Shown here: positions 1-11,710 of the stretch, in pieces
Layout of the letters: each line of letters opens with the position of its first letter
Position numbering within the stretch: the first letter of the stretch is position 1
DNA from: an uncultured delta proteobacterium
GTDB lineage: Bacteria > Myxococcota_A > Polyangia > Haliangiales > Haliangiaceae
Direction: 5' to 3'
Assembly (NCBI GenBank): GCA_963848295.1
Contig: CAWKDB010000010.1
Location: 288,001 to 352,000 of the forward strand
Length of the DNA stretch: 64,000 nucleotides
Program-made: the position numbers and the translations under genes
Notes under the pieces: generated by a model
What the model saw: the letters and a program-made list of their open reading frames with translations, nothing else
What the model was told of the DNA's origin: nothing
Databases searched by the model: none

Positions 1-589
1 CGTCTGGCGTGATCAGCGCGTCGTACTCGCTCGCCGACGTGTTGACGTTGCCGAGATGGTCGAACGTCGGCGCCATGAACGCCATGGTGGTGTTGTTGCG
101 GCTCGCCTGCCAGATGTTGGTATCGGTCTCCATCGGTGCCGCCGGGTGACTGCTCGAGATCACCGCGAGCAGCCCGTCGTCGGTGAACGACATCTTGCCT
201 TCGTAGTCCGCCGTGTTGACCGCACCGGGCAGCTCGATCGGCGGCGGAAACGTGTCGCCCACGGTCGCCCGCGTAGCGATCCAGATGTCCGCGCTCATGC
301 TCGGTGGGCGGTCGGACGACAAGATCAGCGTCAGCTCGTCGGAGCTGAGGAACGGATCGCGATCGATCGTCGGGCTGTTGACGCCCGCGAGCGCGACCGG
401 CGCGGCGAACTGGATCGTGTGATCCATCCAGTGCGCCTGGCAGCTCTCCTGCGGGATCGCGTCGGACCCGCTGCCCGCATCGGACCCCGCGTCGCTCGCG
501 TGAGGTGCGGCGTCGATGGTGTCGGCGCCTGGTGGGGTGAACGAGCAGGCCGCGGTGGCCATCATGCACGCCAACAGCTCCGGCCGCAT
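1..589 (-). CDS. Putative lipoprotein with PD40/TolB-like beta-propeller repeats (partial, runs off left edge)
   Basis: Manual minus-strand translation from ATG at 589: MRPELLACMMATAAC-SFTPP...VNSPTIDRDPFLSSDELTLILSSDR...DIWIATR...VNTADYEGKMSFTDDGL... Lipobox-like TAAC and PD40-like repeats; not in the ORF track because it has no stop in the window. Confidence 0.7.
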   Translation of the reverse strand, partial: MRPELLACMMATAACSFTPPGADTIDAAPHASDAGSDAGSGSDAIPQESCQAHWMDHTIQFAAPVALAGVNSPTIDRDPFLSSDELTLILSSDRPPSMSADIWIATRATVGDTFPPPIELPGAVNTADYEGKMSFTDDGLLAVISSSHPAAPMETDTNIWQASRNNTTMAFMAPTFDHLGNVNTSASEYDALITPD

Positions 590-600
590 GAGCCAGCGTA

Positions 601-1803
601 TCACGTGCGGCGAGCGAGCTCCGACGCGATCCGCAGGCGCAGCGCGTTGAGCTTGATGAAGCCCTGCGCGTCGCGTTGGTCGTAGACCGAATCCTCCTCG
701 AACGTAACGATGTCGGGGCGGTAGAGGCTGCGGGAGGCCTTGCGGCCGAGCACCGTCACGCTGCCTTTGTACAGGCGAAGGCGCGCGGTCCCCGTGATCG
801 CCTGGGCGATGTCGTCGAACATGCCCTGCAGCGCGACGCGCTCCGGCGCGAACCAGAACCCGTTGTAGACCAGCGCCGCGTAGCGCGGCATCAGATCGTG
901 GCGCAGCCGCAGCACCTCGCGATCGAGCGCGAGCGATTCGACCGCCGATCGCGCGTGATGCAGCACCGTCCCACCCGGGGTCTCGTAGACGCCGCGCGAC
1001 TTCATGCCGACGAACCGATTCTCGACGAGATCGACGCGCCCGACCCCGTGCTCGCCGGCGATCACGTTGAGCTTCGCGAGGATCTCGACCGGGCCGAGCC
1101 GTTGGCCATCGATGGCGACCGCGTCGCCCGCTTCGTAGTCGATCTCGATCACCCGCGGCTCGTCGGGCGCGGCCTGTGGATCGCGCGTGAGCTTGAACAT
1201 CGTGGGATCGGGCTCGCGCCACGGATCTTCGAGCACGCCGCCCTCGTAGCTCGTATGGAGCAAGTTGCGGTCGACCGAGTACGGCTTGTCGGCGGTCGCT
1301 TCGATCGGGATGCGATGCTGCTTGGTGTACTCGATCAGCTCGCGCCGGCCTTTGAACTCCCACTCGCGCCATGGAGCGACGATCTTGATGCCCGGGCGAA
1401 AGTGATACGCGGCGAGCTCGAACCGGACCTGGTCGTTGCCCTTGCCGGTCGCGCCGTGGCCGATCGCGTCGGCGTCCTCGGCATCGGCGGCCTCCATCAA
1501 GCCGCGCGCGATGCACGGTCGCGCGAGCGCGGTGCCGAGCAGGTACTGCTGTTCGTAGAGCGCCCCAGCGCGGAGCGCGGGCCACACGTAGTCGCGCACG
1601 AACTCGAGGCGCAGATCGCGCACGACCGCTTTCTGTGCGCCGACCGCGAGCGCCTTCGTACGCGCGGCCTCGAGATCTTCGTCCTGGCCGACGTCGGCGC
1701 AGAAGCACACGATCTCGCAGCGATACTTTTCAGCGATCCAGCGAACGGCGACGGACGTATCGAGACCGCCGGAGTAAGCGAGCACGACCTTGCGGAGCGA
1801 CAT
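601..1803 (-). CDS. argG: Argininosuccinate synthase
   Basis: VVLAYSGGLDTS, HGATGKGNDQVRFE, KSRGVYETPGGT motifs. Confidence 0.98.
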   Translation of the reverse strand: MSLRKVVLAYSGGLDTSVAVRWIAEKYRCEIVCFCADVGQDEDLEAARTKALAVGAQKAVVRDLRLEFVRDYVWPALRAGALYEQQYLLGTALARPCIARGLMEAADAEDADAIGHGATGKGNDQVRFELAAYHFRPGIKIVAPWREWEFKGRRELIEYTKQHRIPIEATADKPYSVDRNLLHTSYEGGVLEDPWREPDPTMFKLTRDPQAAPDEPRVIEIDYEAGDAVAIDGQRLGPVEILAKLNVIAGEHGVGRVDLVENRFVGMKSRGVYETPGGTVLHHARSAVESLALDREVLRLRHDLMPRYAALVYNGFWFAPERVALQGMFDDIAQAITGTARLRLYKGSVTVLGRKASRSLYRPDIVTFEEDSVYDQRDAQGFIKLNALRLRIASELARRT

Positions 1804-1872
1804 CGCGCGCTTATAGCGCAGCTCGGCGCGAACCGTGCGGCGAATCCGGCTTCACTTCGCGCTGCACCGCGG

Positions 1873-3522
1873 TCACCGCAGGATGCCGCGGAGGAACAGC
1901 TGGCAGAGATGGCGGAACGCCTCGATCCGCGGCATGCCCGAGACGTCGAGTAGCTCGTCGACGGTGAGCTGGCCATCGATCCGCGACAGCAAGAACGCCG
2001 CGCGCGGCGAGATCTGCGCGCTCGATAGCTCGTGCAGCGGCCGCGCGAGCACGGGCTGGCGCTCGAGGTTGCCGAGGAACGCCTGGAACACCGCCATGAC
2101 GGTGTCGCGGTTGCGATGGATCAGCTTCTGGCCGAGCGCGCTGTTCGGGTCGTCGGACAGCGCGAGCTCGATCGCCGCCACTGCCTTGTCGAGCTCGCCC
2201 GCGCGCTGATACGCGAGCGCCTTGGCGAACAGCGTCGTGACGCGGCGGCGGGTGCGGTCTTCGGCGACCTCGCCGTCTGGCGTCTCCTCGTCCAGATCAT
2301 CGAGCATCTGCGCGCTGCGCGCGTCGATCGGATCGAACGGCAGCGCGACGTCCTTCTTCGTACCCTCCGACATCGCGCGCGCCGCGGCGTGCTCTCGAAT
2401 CGCCCGGACATCGGCTTCGCGCGTCGGCGCTTCTTCATCGATGCCGCCGGTGCCGGCGCGTGGCCGCAGGCCGAGCTCGCGGGTCGGCGCGGTCACCAGC
2501 GGATCGCGCGTCTGGTGCGGCTGAGCGCGCGGTAACGCCTGGGTCGGATCGCGCTCGAGATCGCGCGTCTTCGCGCTCGACACCGCGATGTCTTCGGGCG
2601 CCTCTGCGGCGAGCTCCGGGAGCGAGGGCGGCGCGAGCTCGAGCTCGCTGGCTCGCGGCTCGAGCCCCATCCCGGGCCAGGTCGCGACGGGCGGCGGCGC
2701 GGATCCATCGACCGCAGCGAGCTCGATCGTCGGCGCGAGCCCGACCTGCTCGGCCGGTTGCGGCGTGCGTACCGTGATCTTGAGCTCGGCGGGTGGCGGT
2801 GGCTCGCCAGCCGGGCGCACGAAGCCGAGGTCGCGCTTCTTGAGCTCGGTGTGCTGCGCGGCGAACCCGACCGGCGTGCCCGATTCGTGCTCGAACCCGG
2901 GCGTCTCGTAGTCGCCCTTGGTCGCGAACTCGTTGCTCGGCTCGAGCAGCTCGACGAGCCCGGCGGGCGGCCGGCCCGCGCCACCGACGTACTCTCGCGT
3001 GTTGTCCTCGAACGATACCTCTGCGGTCTCCGCGAGCTGAGGTCGCTCGCCCGGCGGCGGCTCCTCGGCGTCGAGCTCGATCGAGACCCGACCGGACGAG
3101 GTGCGCGCCGGCGTCGGGGCTGGCTCGGCGACGGCGCGCGGCACCGGCACGACGATGCCCTGCTTCGTGATCGCGCGTTGAACCTCGGCCTCGATATCCC
3201 AGCCTTGATCGAGCTCGTTGGCCCCCGCACGAGGGGTCGCTGCTGCGGCGGCGGCTTGCTCGCCAGGCAAGATCTCGATCTGATACTCGGGCTCCTCCTC
3301 GATCGCGAACGGCGCCCCGCCGGCGTTCGCGACCGGCTCGTCGGTCTCGGCCAGCAGCTCATAGTTCGCACGCACGTAGTCGACGTAGCTGTTCGCGAGC
3401 ACGTGCTCGGGCTGGATCGTCAGTGCCTCTTCCCAAGCGAGCAACGCACCGTCGAGATCGCCCGCGCCATATCGGGCCAGACCGTCCTCGATCAGCCGGT
3501 CGATATCGGAGCTGCCCGCCAC
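1873..3522 (-). CDS. Hypothetical protein: N-terminal TPR, long acidic/Pro-rich linker, C-terminal TPR plus winged-helix-like (FLLSRIDG) domain
   Basis: 549-aa ORF; TPR-like GLARYGAGDLDGALLAWEEAL; C-terminus ISPRAAFLLSRIDGQLTVDELLDVSGMPRIEAFRHLCQL; starts 6 bp after the dnaK stop. Confidence 0.75.
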   Translation of the reverse strand: MAGSSDIDRLIEDGLARYGAGDLDGALLAWEEALTIQPEHVLANSYVDYVRANYELLAETDEPVANAGGAPFAIEEEPEYQIEILPGEQAAAAAATPRAGANELDQGWDIEAEVQRAITKQGIVVPVPRAVAEPAPTPARTSSGRVSIELDAEEPPPGERPQLAETAEVSFEDNTREYVGGAGRPPAGLVELLEPSNEFATKGDYETPGFEHESGTPVGFAAQHTELKKRDLGFVRPAGEPPPPAELKITVRTPQPAEQVGLAPTIELAAVDGSAPPPVATWPGMGLEPRASELELAPPSLPELAAEAPEDIAVSSAKTRDLERDPTQALPRAQPHQTRDPLVTAPTRELGLRPRAGTGGIDEEAPTREADVRAIREHAAARAMSEGTKKDVALPFDPIDARSAQMLDDLDEETPDGEVAEDRTRRRVTTLFAKALAYQRAGELDKAVAAIELALSDDPNSALGQKLIHRNRDTVMAVFQAFLGNLERQPVLARPLHELSSAQISPRAAFLLSRIDGQLTVDELLDVSGMPRIEAFRHLCQLFLRGILR

Positions 3523-3528
3523 GTCTGG

Positions 3529-5363
<1,835 letters not shown>

Positions 5364-5577
5364 CGACGCTATTTTCCACCCGGTTTCGGCATATTCGCCA
5401 GCATCGCGGACCAGGAAATCGTAGGCTTCGCGCTCGGTGCGTCGGGTAGTCATCCTGCTCGGCGTCTTGACGGCGTGCCAAAGTGGGGCGGCGCGAACGC
5501 GCCCGCCGGCCGCCGGTCCATGCTCCGCAATCGCTGCGTAACATTCCGGACGCGAACCGTGTGTTACGACCGCGGAC

Positions 5578-6336
5578 ATGAAGAACCCATGGCTGTTCGC
5601 GCTCGGGATCGCAGGACTGGCCGCGTGCGGTGGCGGTGGCGGCGGTGGCGGTGGCGGCGGCGGTTCGCCCGATGGCGGAACGTCGATCCCGAGCGAAGGG
5701 ATCTCGATCGCGGCAGCGAACGTCCACCAGATCGGGTCGGTCGATGGCCAGGGCCCCAGCACGGGCCATCTGCTGGTCGCGGCCGATATCACGCTGACCG
5801 ACAACGGAGCGAAGGCGGCTGCGCTCGATCCCCAGCTGTTCGCGATCGAGACCCAGGCTGGTGTCGCGTTCAGCGGCAGCGCGCTGACCGCCGACTATCC
5901 GAGCGGCTGCCTCGCGACCGCATCGGTCGAGCCCGGCGCGCACGGCTCGTGCAGCGCGGTGTTCGAGGTCGACTCGAACATGCTGAAGGCGCTGACCTAC
6001 ACGCTCCCCGACAATACGGTCGCGAGCGTGACGATCACGCTCGGCGCATCGACCGCGATCGGCCAGGCCTGCGACGCGACCCACACCTGCCCCGACGACT
6101 ACGACTGCACCGGCACGCCGACGACCACGTGCGAGCTCCGCTGCGACACCTCGGTGCCGACGACCTGCCAGGACGCCTATCCCGGCCCCGGCACCGCGGC
6201 GTGCTTCGCGCCCGGCGGGACCGGCACGCAAGCCTATTGCATCGTGACCTGCAACAGCACCGAGCCCTGCCCCGGCATCCTGATGTGCAGCTCGACGACG
6301 TCTCAAGAGGGCGTGTGCGGCGGCATCCCGGAGTGA
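5578..6336 (+). CDS. Putative lipoprotein with Ig-like domain and Cys-rich C-terminus
   Basis: Signal MKNPWLFALGIAGLAAC, poly-Gly linker, DUF4352-like middle (inferred), many cysteines in the C-terminal ~90 aa. Confidence 0.8.
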   Translation: MKNPWLFALGIAGLAACGGGGGGGGGGGGSPDGGTSIPSEGISIAAANVHQIGSVDGQGPSTGHLLVAADITLTDNGAKAAALDPQLFAIETQAGVAFSGSALTADYPSGCLATASVEPGAHGSCSAVFEVDSNMLKALTYTLPDNTVASVTITLGASTAIGQACDATHTCPDDYDCTGTPTTTCELRCDTSVPTTCQDAYPGPGTAACFAPGGTGTQAYCIVTCNSTEPCPGILMCSSTTSQEGVCGGIPE

Positions 6337-6391
6337 CGCCGGCGGCGCGATCGGTTTCGCAAAGCGATGACCGCCGCGCTATGCCTCGGCG

Positions 6392-7099
6392 ATGACGTCA
6401 CGAATCGCCATCACCGTCGCGCTCGTGGTCGGTTGCGGCGGTGGTGCGACCGCGCCGCAAGCGGCGCCCGGCGACGAGACCCAGCCGCACGTGTTCAAGC
6501 GCGACTTCGGCAAGGCCGGCTCTTGGCGCTACGACTACAAGCAGCGGATGACGATGGACAAGGACGTCGTCGAAGCGAGCGGCGAGCTGCGCATCGACAG
6601 CCGCCGTGATCACACCGCGGCCGCGACGCTCGATGCATCGATGACGGTCGGCGGCCATCGCGAGAAGGTGCCGGCGACGACGTTTCAACTGACCGAAGAC
6701 GCGAGCGCCCCGAAAACGGTGGACGGCGACGAGAGCCGCGCGTTGACCGATCTGCTCGTGCCGTTGCCGCACAAGCCGCTGGGCATCGGCGACTCCGATA
6801 CGACGACGTTCACGATGCCGGCGAACCTCGGCGCGGTCACGTCAATCTCGGGGCCGCTCACGCTCGAGCTCACAGGCTACGACACGGTCGGCGGGCGGCG
6901 GTGCGCGAAGGTCAAGACGACGCTGCGGGTCGACGACAAGTCGAACGGAGCGAAGATGACGATCGACGGCACGTCGTGCCTCGACCTCGTCGACGCGCTC
7001 GTCGTCGACAGCAAGCTCGACATCGACATGGAGCTCGCCGGCAGCAGCACGACGCCCGCGATGAAGTTCACCGGCGTGCTCGAGCTCGCGCGCAAGTAG
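6392..7099 (+). CDS. Putative lipoprotein, beta-rich hypothetical
   Basis: MTSRIAITVALVVGC lipobox; high-GC codon usage; TATGCC -10-like box 6 nt before the ATG. Confidence 0.75.
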   Translation: MTSRIAITVALVVGCGGGATAPQAAPGDETQPHVFKRDFGKAGSWRYDYKQRMTMDKDVVEASGELRIDSRRDHTAAATLDASMTVGGHREKVPATTFQLTEDASAPKTVDGDESRALTDLLVPLPHKPLGIGDSDTTTFTMPANLGAVTSISGPLTLELTGYDTVGGRRCAKVKTTLRVDDKSNGAKMTIDGTSCLDLVDALVVDSKLDIDMELAGSSTTPAMKFTGVLELARK

Positions 7100-7110
7100 A
7101 ACGCGCGGAG

Positions 7111-8220
7111 TCAGCTCGGATTCGCCGCGAGCTGGCGGCGAACCTCGGCGAGATCGTTGCGGAGCTCGGACGTCAACACGTCGTTCTCGCTCTTCATTGC
7201 CATCGCCATCACGAGGACCTCCTCGGCGTCGGCGAGCTTGCCGGCGGCGCGAAACGCCTGGGCGAGCAGGCGCGCGCTCGACGGGTCGTCGGGTGCCTGG
7301 GTCTGCGCCTTCTTGGCGTACTCGAGCGCGGTCCTCGGCTGATGCGCAGCGAGCGCACAACTGGCCGCGCGCCGCAGGTAGCGGGTCTGCGGATCGACGC
7401 GCACCGCCGCGGCGAACAGCTTCATGCCCTCGAGCGCGTCGCCCGAGACCTCGAGGGCACACGCGCGCTCGAACAACTCGGCGGCGTACGCCTGCGGGGT
7501 CTGCGGCGCTTCGGGCGTGACCGAGGCCGTCGTCGCGCGCGGCTTGTCGGGGCTGGTCAGCCTCGCGTACGCCCGACTGACCGCTTCGAACACCGTCGCC
7601 ATTCGTTCGGCGAAGCTGCCGAGCTGCTTGCCGTAGAACCGGTCAGGATGGATGTCCTTCGACAACAAGAAGTAGGCGCGCTTGAGCGTCTTGGCGTCGG
7701 CGCTGCGCGGTACGCCGAGCAACGCGTGCGGATCCTTGCCGTCGCTGAGCCGGGCCAACGCGAGCAACAGGCGCCGCTCGCCGTCGTCGAGCTCGGCGGG
7801 CTCGGCCAGGGCGGCGAGCTCGGCCGCGGTCGGGTCGGTGAGCTTGACATCGATCGTCGTCGCGACCGGGGCACGGGGCGCGCTCGCGGTCGCAGGTGCG
7901 GGTGGCGCGGCGGAGCGCAGCGGCGTCGCCCGTGCCGGCTGGGCAGGAGGAGCAGCGACAGGCGGCGTCGGCGCACCGCTCTCTCCGGCCAACATCACCG
8001 CGCCGAGCGAGCGCAGCTTGACGACGATCGCGATCGCTCGCTCGATCGGCAGCCCGGTCGCGAGCAAGATCTCGCGCAGCGTCTGGTTGCCGTCGATGCG
8101 CGAGAACAGAAAGTACTCGTCGGGCTCGACCTGCGCCTTGAGCGGATCGAACCCCGGGCTGACGCGCAGCTTCTGCGACGTCGAACCGATGCCGGCGATC
8201 TCGGCCGGGACCGCGCTCAC
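7111..8220 (-). CDS. J-domain/TPR co-chaperone with N-terminal winged-helix-like domain
   Basis: GTG start at 8220 overlaps the argF stop; DPHALLGVPRSADAKTLKRAYFLLSKDIHPDRF (HPD J-domain); C-terminal TPRs; N-terminal EYFLFSRIDGNQTLREI. Confidence 0.85.
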   Translation of the reverse strand: MSAVPAEIAGIGSTSQKLRVSPGFDPLKAQVEPDEYFLFSRIDGNQTLREILLATGLPIERAIAIVVKLRSLGAVMLAGESGAPTPPVAAPPAQPARATPLRSAAPPAPATASAPRAPVATTIDVKLTDPTAAELAALAEPAELDDGERRLLLALARLSDGKDPHALLGVPRSADAKTLKRAYFLLSKDIHPDRFYGKQLGSFAERMATVFEAVSRAYARLTSPDKPRATTASVTPEAPQTPQAYAAELFERACALEVSGDALEGMKLFAAAVRVDPQTRYLRRAASCALAAHQPRTALEYAKKAQTQAPDDPSSARLLAQAFRAAGKLADAEEVLVMAMAMKSENDVLTSELRNDLAEVRRQLAANPS

Positions 8221-9158
8221 GTCGTCGATCCTAGCACGTGCTCGAGGATCGCCTTGCCGACGTGCAACCGGTTCTCCGCCTGGACCCACGCGAGCGAGCG
8301 CGGGCCGTCGAGCACGTCGCCGGTGATCTCCTCGCCGCGATGCGCCGGCAAGCAGTGCAGCACGATCGCGTCGCGCGCGGCGTGGGCGAGCAACGCGGTG
8401 TCGACACAAAATCCGGAGAACGCCATCTGGCGGCGCCCCGCGTCGTCTTCCTGCCCCATCGACGCCCACACGTCGGTCGAGATCACGTTCGCGCCGGCGA
8501 CCGCTTGCCGCGGATCATCGGTCACCACGATCGAGCCTTTGCCCGCACGGCGCTGCTCGTCACGCGCACCGGCGACCAACGCAGGCTCCGGCGCGAACCC
8601 CTGCGGACAGGCGAGCCGCAGATCGAGCCCGAGCAGCCCCGCCGCTTCGATCCACGACGCGGCCATGTTGTTGCCATCGCCGACCCACGCGTAGACCAGA
8701 TCGTCGGTGCGGCCGAAGTGCTCGCGCACCGTGAACAGATCGGTCGCGACCTGACACGGGTGCTGCTGATCGGACAGGCCGTTGATGACCGGCACGCTCG
8801 CGGCGCGCGCGAGCTCGACGACCCGGTCCTGGCCATACGTGCGGATCACGATCGCGTGGCAGTAGCCCGACAGCACCCGCGCGGTATCGGCGATCGGCTC
8901 GCCGCGCGCGATCTGGCTGCCTTGGGCGGTGAGCACGACGGCGTGACCGCCGAGCTCGAATACGCCGACCTCGAACGAGACGCGGGTCCGGGTCGACGCT
9001 TTCTCGAACACGAGCGCGACCGCGCGCCCGGCGAGCGTCGTCTGGACGCGATGGATCTTGAGATCGGCGGCGCGATCCCACAGCGCGGGCCACGCGGCGG
9101 CCGGCACATCGGTGAACGTGACAAACCCACGATGAGGCTGGGGGCGGGACATGCTCAT
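8217..9158 (-). CDS. argF: Ornithine carbamoyltransferase
   Basis: FEKASTRTRVSFE, HPCQ, GDGNN, TDVWASMG, HCLPAHRGEE motifs. Confidence 0.97.
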   Translation of the reverse strand: MSMSRPQPHRGFVTFTDVPAAAWPALWDRAADLKIHRVQTTLAGRAVALVFEKASTRTRVSFEVGVFELGGHAVVLTAQGSQIARGEPIADTARVLSGYCHAIVIRTYGQDRVVELARAASVPVINGLSDQQHPCQVATDLFTVREHFGRTDDLVYAWVGDGNNMAASWIEAAGLLGLDLRLACPQGFAPEPALVAGARDEQRRAGKGSIVVTDDPRQAVAGANVISTDVWASMGQEDDAGRRQMAFSGFCVDTALLAHAARDAIVLHCLPAHRGEEITGDVLDGPRSLAWVQAENRLHVGKAILEHVLGSTT

Positions 9159-10385
9159 CACTTGCCCACCCCGGCGGCGAGCACCTCGTCCAGCACGCCC
9201 ACCGCCTCGTCGAGCTGCTTGCGTTCGACGACGTACGGCGGCGCGAACCGGACGACCTTGTCGCCGGCGATCGACAGGAGCACGCCCTGCTCGCGACAAC
9301 ACGCGACGACCGGCGCCGGTGGGCCCGAGAGCAAGATCCCGCGCAACAGGCCGCGGCCGCGAGTCTCGAGCACGTGGCCCGGAAACCTCGCGACGAGCTC
9401 CGCGAGCTTGCCGCCGAGGTAGGTGCCGGCTTGGGCGACACGCTCGATCAACCCTTCGGTCTCGATGATGTCGAACACCGCGTTCGCCGCCCCGCACGCG
9501 AGCGGGTTGCCGCCGAACGTCGACGCATGCGGCACCGCGCCGCCGGCCTGTGCAGCGAGTCCGGCCGCGGCTTTCTCGCTCGCGGCGATCGCGCCGATCG
9601 GAACACCACCGCCGAGCCCCTTCGCCAGCGTCATCACGTCGGGCACGACGTCGTCGTGCTGGTATCCGAACCATCGCCCGGTCCGGCCCATGCCGGTCTG
9701 CACCTCGTCGAAGATCAACACCGTGCCGGTGTCGTCGCACAGCCGGCGCAGGCCGGCGAGATAGCCCGGCGGCGCGACGATGATCCCGCCCTCGGCTTGG
9801 ATCGGCTCGACGATCAGCGCACACGCGGTGCGGCGCTCGAGGGCCTTGGCCGCCGCCTCGAGGTCGCCGTACGCGATGTGCTCGACCGGTCCGACGAGCG
9901 GACCGAAACCCTCGCGATACTTCGCCTGGCCGGTGATCGCGACGGTCGCGAACGATCGGCCGTGAAAGCTCCCGGTGGTCGCGACGAACGTCGTACGCGA
10001 CGGTGCACCGGCGACGACCGCTTGATAGCGGCGGGCGAGCTTCATCGCGGCCTCGTTCGCCTCGGAGCCGGAGTTGCAGAAGAACACGCGCTTCGCGAAC
10101 GAGTGATCGCGAGATCGCCTTGGCCGCGAGCACCTGTTGGTCGTTGAAGTACAAGTTCGAGACGTGGACCAGCTTGCCGAGCTGCTCGGTGACGCGCGCG
10201 ATGAACTGCGGATGGCAATGGCCCAGGCCGCACACCGCGATCCCCGCGGTCATATCGAGATAGCGCGTGCCCGCGGCATCCCAGACCTCGCACCCGCGAC
10301 CGCGCTCGAGCACGATCGGCTGCTGCCGGTAGTTCTTGACGAGGACGCGTTCGGCCAGCGCGAGGAGATCGGCTTGCGTCTGCAC
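9158..10385 (-). CDS. argD: Acetylornithine aminotransferase (1-bp apparent frameshift at ~10110)
   Basis: N-terminal part (YLDMTAGIAVCGLGHCHP, HVSNLY) and C-terminal part (FFCNSGSEANE, FHGRS, DEVQTGMGRTG, TLAKGLGGG, HASTFGGNPLA) are in different frames; removing one base gives AKAICDHSFAKRVFFCNSG. Confidence 0.93.
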
Positions 10386-10471
10386 GGTGCGGGTGTACCA
10401 CCGTTTGTAAACTCTCCGCCGCCTAGACGTTACGGTTGACCGTTCCGCGCGACAGACTATATATCGGCGGC

Positions 10472-11518
10472 ATGAAGCGGCTAGCGATCGCGGTTTGTAT
10501 ATTGGGTGCGTCGGCCGCACATGCGGACGACCTCGTCCAGCACGGAAGCGTCCAGCGCGTGCCCGCCGATCTGCTCCGGGCGAACCTGGCAGACCCGAAG
10601 GCATCGGTCGCGCTATTCGCGGACACCGTCGCGGTCGGCGCGGTCCTGTTCGACGACGCGTCGTGCGCGAAGCAATTCGGGCACGCGGCAACGGTCAAGG
10701 GAGCTGATCGCGCAACGCTGCTGATGTGCCTCAAGGGCCTCGGGCTCGAGGCGGGCGTGGCCGATGTCGGGTCACCGATCGCGCTCGTCGGCGACAACGG
10801 CGGTGTCATCGCGTTCACGCTCAAAGGCGACAAGATCGCGGGCCTTGGCGCCGTGGCTGCGAGCTCCGCCGACGCGCGCTTGCCGACGATGCTCGCGATC
10901 ACGCCACCGTACGATCCGAGCGAAGCTACGCGGGCGGCGATCGCGTTGACCGAGAGCAAAGCGGTCCACGCGACGGTGAAGGTTTGCCTCGGCAAGGATG
11001 GCGCGGTCGCGAGCCGACGGCTCGTCACGTCGAGCGCGGCACCGGTCTACGATCAGGAGCTGCTCGCGCTGTTCGCGACTCGCGCACCGATGTTCTGGCC
11101 CGCGGTCGCGCCCGGCACCGAGGTGTGCGCGATCGTGCAGATGCAATATCCCAACGCGCGGCGGCCGCCCACGCCACCGCCACCGCCGACGTCGTCGTCA
11201 CCACCGCCGCAGCTGGTATCGCCGTCGATGCTCGAGACGTTTCGCGTTGCCGGCAGCAGGATGATCGAGCCCGACGTGGAGACAAAGACCAAGATGCAGC
11301 GCACCGGCCGCGGAAGGTTCGTCGGCTCGTTCAAGCTCTGCCTCGACACCACCGGCACACCGGTCAAGATCGTCACGATCAAGTCGAGCGGCTACCCGGA
11401 CTACGACACGAAGATCGGGACCACGATCGCGAACGACTGGCGCTACAAGCCGTTCGAGGTCAACGGCCGAGCCGTGCCGGTCTGTACCGCGGTGACGTTC
11501 ATCTACCACCAGGATTGA
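10472..11518 (+). CDS. Secreted protein with two TonB C-terminal-like domains
   Basis: Signal MKRLAIAVCILGASAAHA; repeated motifs KVCLGKDGAV...SSAAPVYD and KLCLDTTGTPV...KSSGYPDYD...WRYKPF separated by a Pro-rich linker. Confidence 0.7.
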   Translation: MKRLAIAVCILGASAAHADDLVQHGSVQRVPADLLRANLADPKASVALFADTVAVGAVLFDDASCAKQFGHAATVKGADRATLLMCLKGLGLEAGVADVGSPIALVGDNGGVIAFTLKGDKIAGLGAVAASSADARLPTMLAITPPYDPSEATRAAIALTESKAVHATVKVCLGKDGAVASRRLVTSSAAPVYDQELLALFATRAPMFWPAVAPGTEVCAIVQMQYPNARRPPTPPPPPTSSSPPPQLVSPSMLETFRVAGSRMIEPDVETKTKMQRTGRGRFVGSFKLCLDTTGTPVKIVTIKSSGYPDYDTKIGTTIANDWRYKPFEVNGRAVPVCTAVTFIYHQD

Positions 11519-11664
11519 TCGGCGACTGGGGCTGCGCGACCGATGGGGGTTGCGCCACCGTGATGCCGAGCGCCGCCAGATCCTGGCCGTACGCCGCGGT
11601 CTGCTCTCGGCTGAACTTCGGCGCGCAGGCAACCGAGGAGCGCGATGGTGACGAGACGCGACAT
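11499..11664 (-). CDS. Small putative lipoprotein (~54 aa), requires removal of one G at ~11633
   Basis: With the 1-bp correction it reads MSRLVTIALLVAC-APKFSREQTAAYGQDLAALGITVAQPPSVAQPQSPINPGGR*, giving an LVAC lipobox. Confidence 0.4.
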
Positions 11665-11690
11665 CGCGCGACGGTCGCACGAACCTCGCG

Positions 11691-11710
11691 CTAGCCCGGA
11701 TCATTCGCGA
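11691..11710. repeat. IS left target duplication (CTAG) plus left terminal inverted repeat
   Basis: ctag-cccggatcattcgcga; reverse complement of the right end. Confidence 0.9.

Noticed and set aside
5465..5482. TGGCACG on the minus strand upstream of dnaK as a sigma54 promoter
   Set aside because: The -12 position reads AG rather than GC.
5631..5663. GGC/GGT tandem repeat
   Set aside because: Encodes the poly-Gly linker of the lipoprotein; not an independent repeat element.
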